Source: a bacterium (GTDB lineage: Bacteria; Patescibacteriota; Minisyncoccia; Phycocordibacterales; UBA1550). From it: a stretch of 52,066 nucleotides of DNA. Both the position numbers and the translations under genes were made by a program. The first letter of the stretch is position 1, and each line of letters opens with the position of its first letter. Below are positions 49,394-52,066 of this stretch, in pieces. The stretch is from NCBI GenBank assembly GCA_030649835.1, contig JAUSES010000063.1, positions 1 through 52,066 of the forward strand. Direction: 5' to 3'. Below the pieces are notes generated by a model that saw only the letters and a program-made list of their open reading frames with translations, did not search any database and had not been told where the DNA came from.

Positions 49394-51180
49394 TGGATTC
49401 CCGAGAGATTCGTCAACGATTTCTAACATTTTTTGAAAAACGCGGACACGCGGTTCTTCCCTCTGCGCCACTTGTTCCAGAAAACGACCCCTCGGTACTT
49501 TTTAATACTGCTGGCATGCAACCTCTCGTTCCGTACCTCATGGGCACTCCGCACCCTAGTGGCAAGCGACTTGCGAACAGCCAGAAGTGTGTACGCACAC
49601 AGGACATAGAGGAGGTCGGCGACAAAACACACGATACTTTTTTTGAAATGCTCGGTAACTGGTCTTTGGGGGACTATTTTAAAGAGGATGCTATCAAGTG
49701 GAGCTACGAATTTCTCACATCAAAAGAGGAAGGGCTCGGGCTCGACCCCGCACGTTTGTATGTAACGGTATTTGAGGGCAACGATGATGCGCCACGCGAC
49801 AATGAAGCCTTTGAGATTTGGAAAAAATACATGCCAGAGCATCGCATATATTTTATGCCGGCAAAAAACAACTGGTGGAGCCCCGGCGACAACGGTCCTT
49901 GTGGTCCCGATACAGAAATGTTTTATGACATTACTTCTCGTGGTCTCGGCGATATGACTAAAGAAGAATATTTGTCTGCGGATGACAGGCAGGATGTGGT
50001 GGAGATTTGGAACGACGTGTTTATGGAGTATGAGAAAAAGGATGGCAAGGTCATTGGCAAGCTCGCTATGAAAAATGTGGACACAGGCTCTGGCCTCGAG
50101 AGAATCCTCATGGCTATTCAGGGCAAGGACAACGTTTTTGACACGGATCTTTTCGAGCCACTAATGAGAAAGATTAAGGAGCTTGCAAAAGGTGGAACTG
50201 CTACGACTACTGATATTGTTCGTGCTGAGCGCATTGTTGCAGACCATGTGCGTACCGCGGTCATGATGATTGCGGATGGCGTACGCCCCTCCAACACCGA
50301 CCAAGGGTACATTTTGCGACGGCTTCTTCGTCGCGCGGTGCGCTATGCAGACGTGCTTGGCGTTGGTCATGGTACGCTCTCAGAACTCGCTCCTGTTATC
50401 GCAGAAAAATACAAAGGAGTGTATGACAATGTTACTGAAAAGATGGGTGACATTGTGCGTGAGATATGGGAAGAGGAAGACAAATTTAGAAAGACGCTAG
50501 AGAGGGGGATAAAGGAAATCACTCGCCTCATTTCTGCTGGCTCAATTTCTGGCGTAGAAGCATTTACCCTTTTTTCAACTTACGGTTTTCCTATTGAAAT
50601 GACAGAAGAGTTTGCAAAAGAAAAGGGAATTTCTGTTGACCGTGCTGAGTTTGATATTGAATTTAAAAAACACCAGGCACTTTCGCGCGCAGGCGCAGAG
50701 CAGAAGTTTAAGGGTGGTCTTGCCGATGGTGGCGAAAAGACCACCGCACTTCATACCGCAACGCACCTCATGCTCGCAGGACTCCGTAAATACTTGGGCG
50801 ACGGTGTTCACCAAGCCGGCTCAAACATTACCGAGGAACGCACACGCTTTGACTTTACCTATCCGCAAAAAGTAGAGCGCGATGTTCTCGACAAAGTGGA
50901 GGCGTATGTCAATGAAGCAATTTCAAAAGTATGTACTGTGAAAATAGAGCAAATGAAAAAAGAAGATGCGAAAGCAAAAGGCGTGGAAGGAAGCTTCTGG
51001 GAAAAATATCCAGATGTCGTGAATGTGTACTCAGTCGTTTCTCCAGACGGCACGCAATATTCCGCCGAGCTTTGCGGTGGCCCACATGTAGAACAGACAG
51101 GGAAGATGGGGAAGTTTAAAATTGTGAAGGAGGAGGCAGTTGCTCAAGGTATTAGAAGGGTGAAAGCCGTGCTAGAATAA
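49393..51180 (+). CDS. alaS: Alanine--tRNA ligase, short form without the C-Ala domain
   Basis: MDSREIRQRFL, LFNTAGMQ, FFEMLGN, DTGSGLER, HTATH, ELCGGPH; ends after GIRRVKAV. Confidence 0.96.
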   Translation: MDSREIRQRFLTFFEKRGHAVLPSAPLVPENDPSVLFNTAGMQPLVPYLMGTPHPSGKRLANSQKCVRTQDIEEVGDKTHDTFFEMLGNWSLGDYFKEDAIKWSYEFLTSKEEGLGLDPARLYVTVFEGNDDAPRDNEAFEIWKKYMPEHRIYFMPAKNNWWSPGDNGPCGPDTEMFYDITSRGLGDMTKEEYLSADDRQDVVEIWNDVFMEYEKKDGKVIGKLAMKNVDTGSGLERILMAIQGKDNVFDTDLFEPLMRKIKELAKGGTATTTDIVRAERIVADHVRTAVMMIADGVRPSNTDQGYILRRLLRRAVRYADVLGVGHGTLSELAPVIAEKYKGVYDNVTEKMGDIVREIWEEEDKFRKTLERGIKEITRLISAGSISGVEAFTLFSTYGFPIEMTEEFAKEKGISVDRAEFDIEFKKHQALSRAGAEQKFKGGLADGGEKTTALHTATHLMLAGLRKYLGDGVHQAGSNITEERTRFDFTYPQKVERDVLDKVEAYVNEAISKVCTVKIEQMKKEDAKAKGVEGSFWEKYPDVVNVYSVVSPDGTQYSAELCGGPHVEQTGKMGKFKIVKEEAVAQGIRRVKAVLE

Positions 51181-51184
51181 AATT

Positions 51185-51544
51185 ATGACAGATGAAATAA
51201 AACCCACTGTTTCTAAAGAAGAGACGTTTGATAAGCTAGAGATACGTCTTGGAAAAATAATATCTGTGTCACTCGCACCAGATGCGCCAAAGCCTGCGTA
51301 TGTGATCAAGGCCGATTTTGGAAAATTTGGTATAAAAACTTCTGTGGGACGTTTTACACAGCACACGACGGAGGAACTGAAAGATAAACTTATTCTCGGT
51401 GTTTTGAATTTTGGGTCACGCCAAATAGGCTCAACAACTTCAGAATTTCTCTGTTTGGGTGTTCAGTTTCCCAAAGCTGAAAGTGGCGAAGCGACAATCA
51501 TCATGCCTCTTGCTGATGCAAAAATTGGCAGTAAATTGTTTTAG
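51185..51544 (+). CDS. csaA: tRNA-binding/CsaA-family OB-fold protein
   Basis: FDKLEIRLGKII, DFGKFGIKTS, LNF..RQIG..SEFLCLG. Confidence 0.8.
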   Translation: MTDEIKPTVSKEETFDKLEIRLGKIISVSLAPDAPKPAYVIKADFGKFGIKTSVGRFTQHTTEELKDKLILGVLNFGSRQIGSTTSEFLCLGVQFPKAESGEATIIMPLADAKIGSKLF

Positions 51545-51674
51545 AGTATTTAGTCAAATGTCACTTGTTAATTGTCAAAAGTTCCTAATTGTAGTACCAT
51601 ATTTTTACTCAGCAAGTATGCTGAAATGTTAGTAATTAATACCGATAAGTTTTCAGATAATCCTTAATGACCAT

Positions 51675-51989
51675 ATGACAACACAGGAACCAGATGTAAC
51701 ATTTCTAGAATATGTAGTAAAAGCTCTCGTAGAACATCCAAGCGATGTAAAAGTCACCCGTGTAGTGGACGAGATGGGTGTGCTCATTACACTTGATGTA
51801 AATCCCGGAGACATGGGTAAGATCATCGGAAGGGATGGCAACACCGCAAAAGCAATCCGCACACTTCTTCGCGTCGTAGGAATGAAGAACAATGCTCGCG
51901 TGAATTTGAAAATCAGTGAACCCGCAGGTGGCAAAGGCCCAAGCGCAACAAAGACCGTTGATGAGGCAATAGACGATTTGAAGAACTAG
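51675..51989 (+). CDS. khpA: KH-domain RNA-binding protein
   Basis: FLEYVVKALV..P, DMGKIIGRDGNTAKAIRTLL. Confidence 0.9.
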   Translation: MTTQEPDVTFLEYVVKALVEHPSDVKVTRVVDEMGVLITLDVNPGDMGKIIGRDGNTAKAIRTLLRVVGMKNNARVNLKISEPAGGKGPSATKTVDEAIDDLKN

Positions 51990-52037
51990 AAAGGGAACAA
52001 GAAAAATAAAGCGAACAGGTGGAACAATTAACAAAGA

Positions 52038-52066
52038 AGCGCCATTTGCCTTCGGCAAATGGCGCT
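52038..52066 (+). terminator. Hairpin after khpA, cut by window end
   Basis: AGCGCCATTTGCC-TTC-GGCAAATGGCGCT. Confidence 0.65.

Overview
52-kb bacterial chromosomal segment, genetic code 11. Gene content points by inference to CPR/Patescibacteria (Parcubacteria-like): a short AlaS lacking the C-Ala domain, LeuS with a NUDIX insertion, a short ATP synthase epsilon, a sigma70-r4/HTH fusion, and many genes with a -10 box just before the ATG and no SD. Core genes are murJ, topA, dprA, pyrF/pyrE, tsaC, trmH, a complete F0F1 operon split between atpG and atpD, udg, ychF, leuS, mltG, mnmA, alaS, csaA and khpA. Accessory genes include two paralogous beta-propeller + M23 peptidase cassettes, TA genes, an ABC/pseudo-receiver operon and a DGR-target-like gene. 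No rRNA, tRNA or CRISPR array was recognised. The strongest unexplained signal is a family of miniature palindromic elements (YCCCGTTAGARGY...RCYTCTAACGGGR, 7 copies; 4-bp TNNA target duplications exact in 3). Five copies end in the A of a start codon, rebuilding it (atpH, atpA, mgtC, the ATP-cone nuclease gene, alaS). One copy replaces the AtpB N-terminus and one sits in frame inside ychF. A second palindromic family (YGTCTTTGCGAG...GAAGCAATC) flanks a stand-alone GIY-YIG nuclease and is dispersed across the window.
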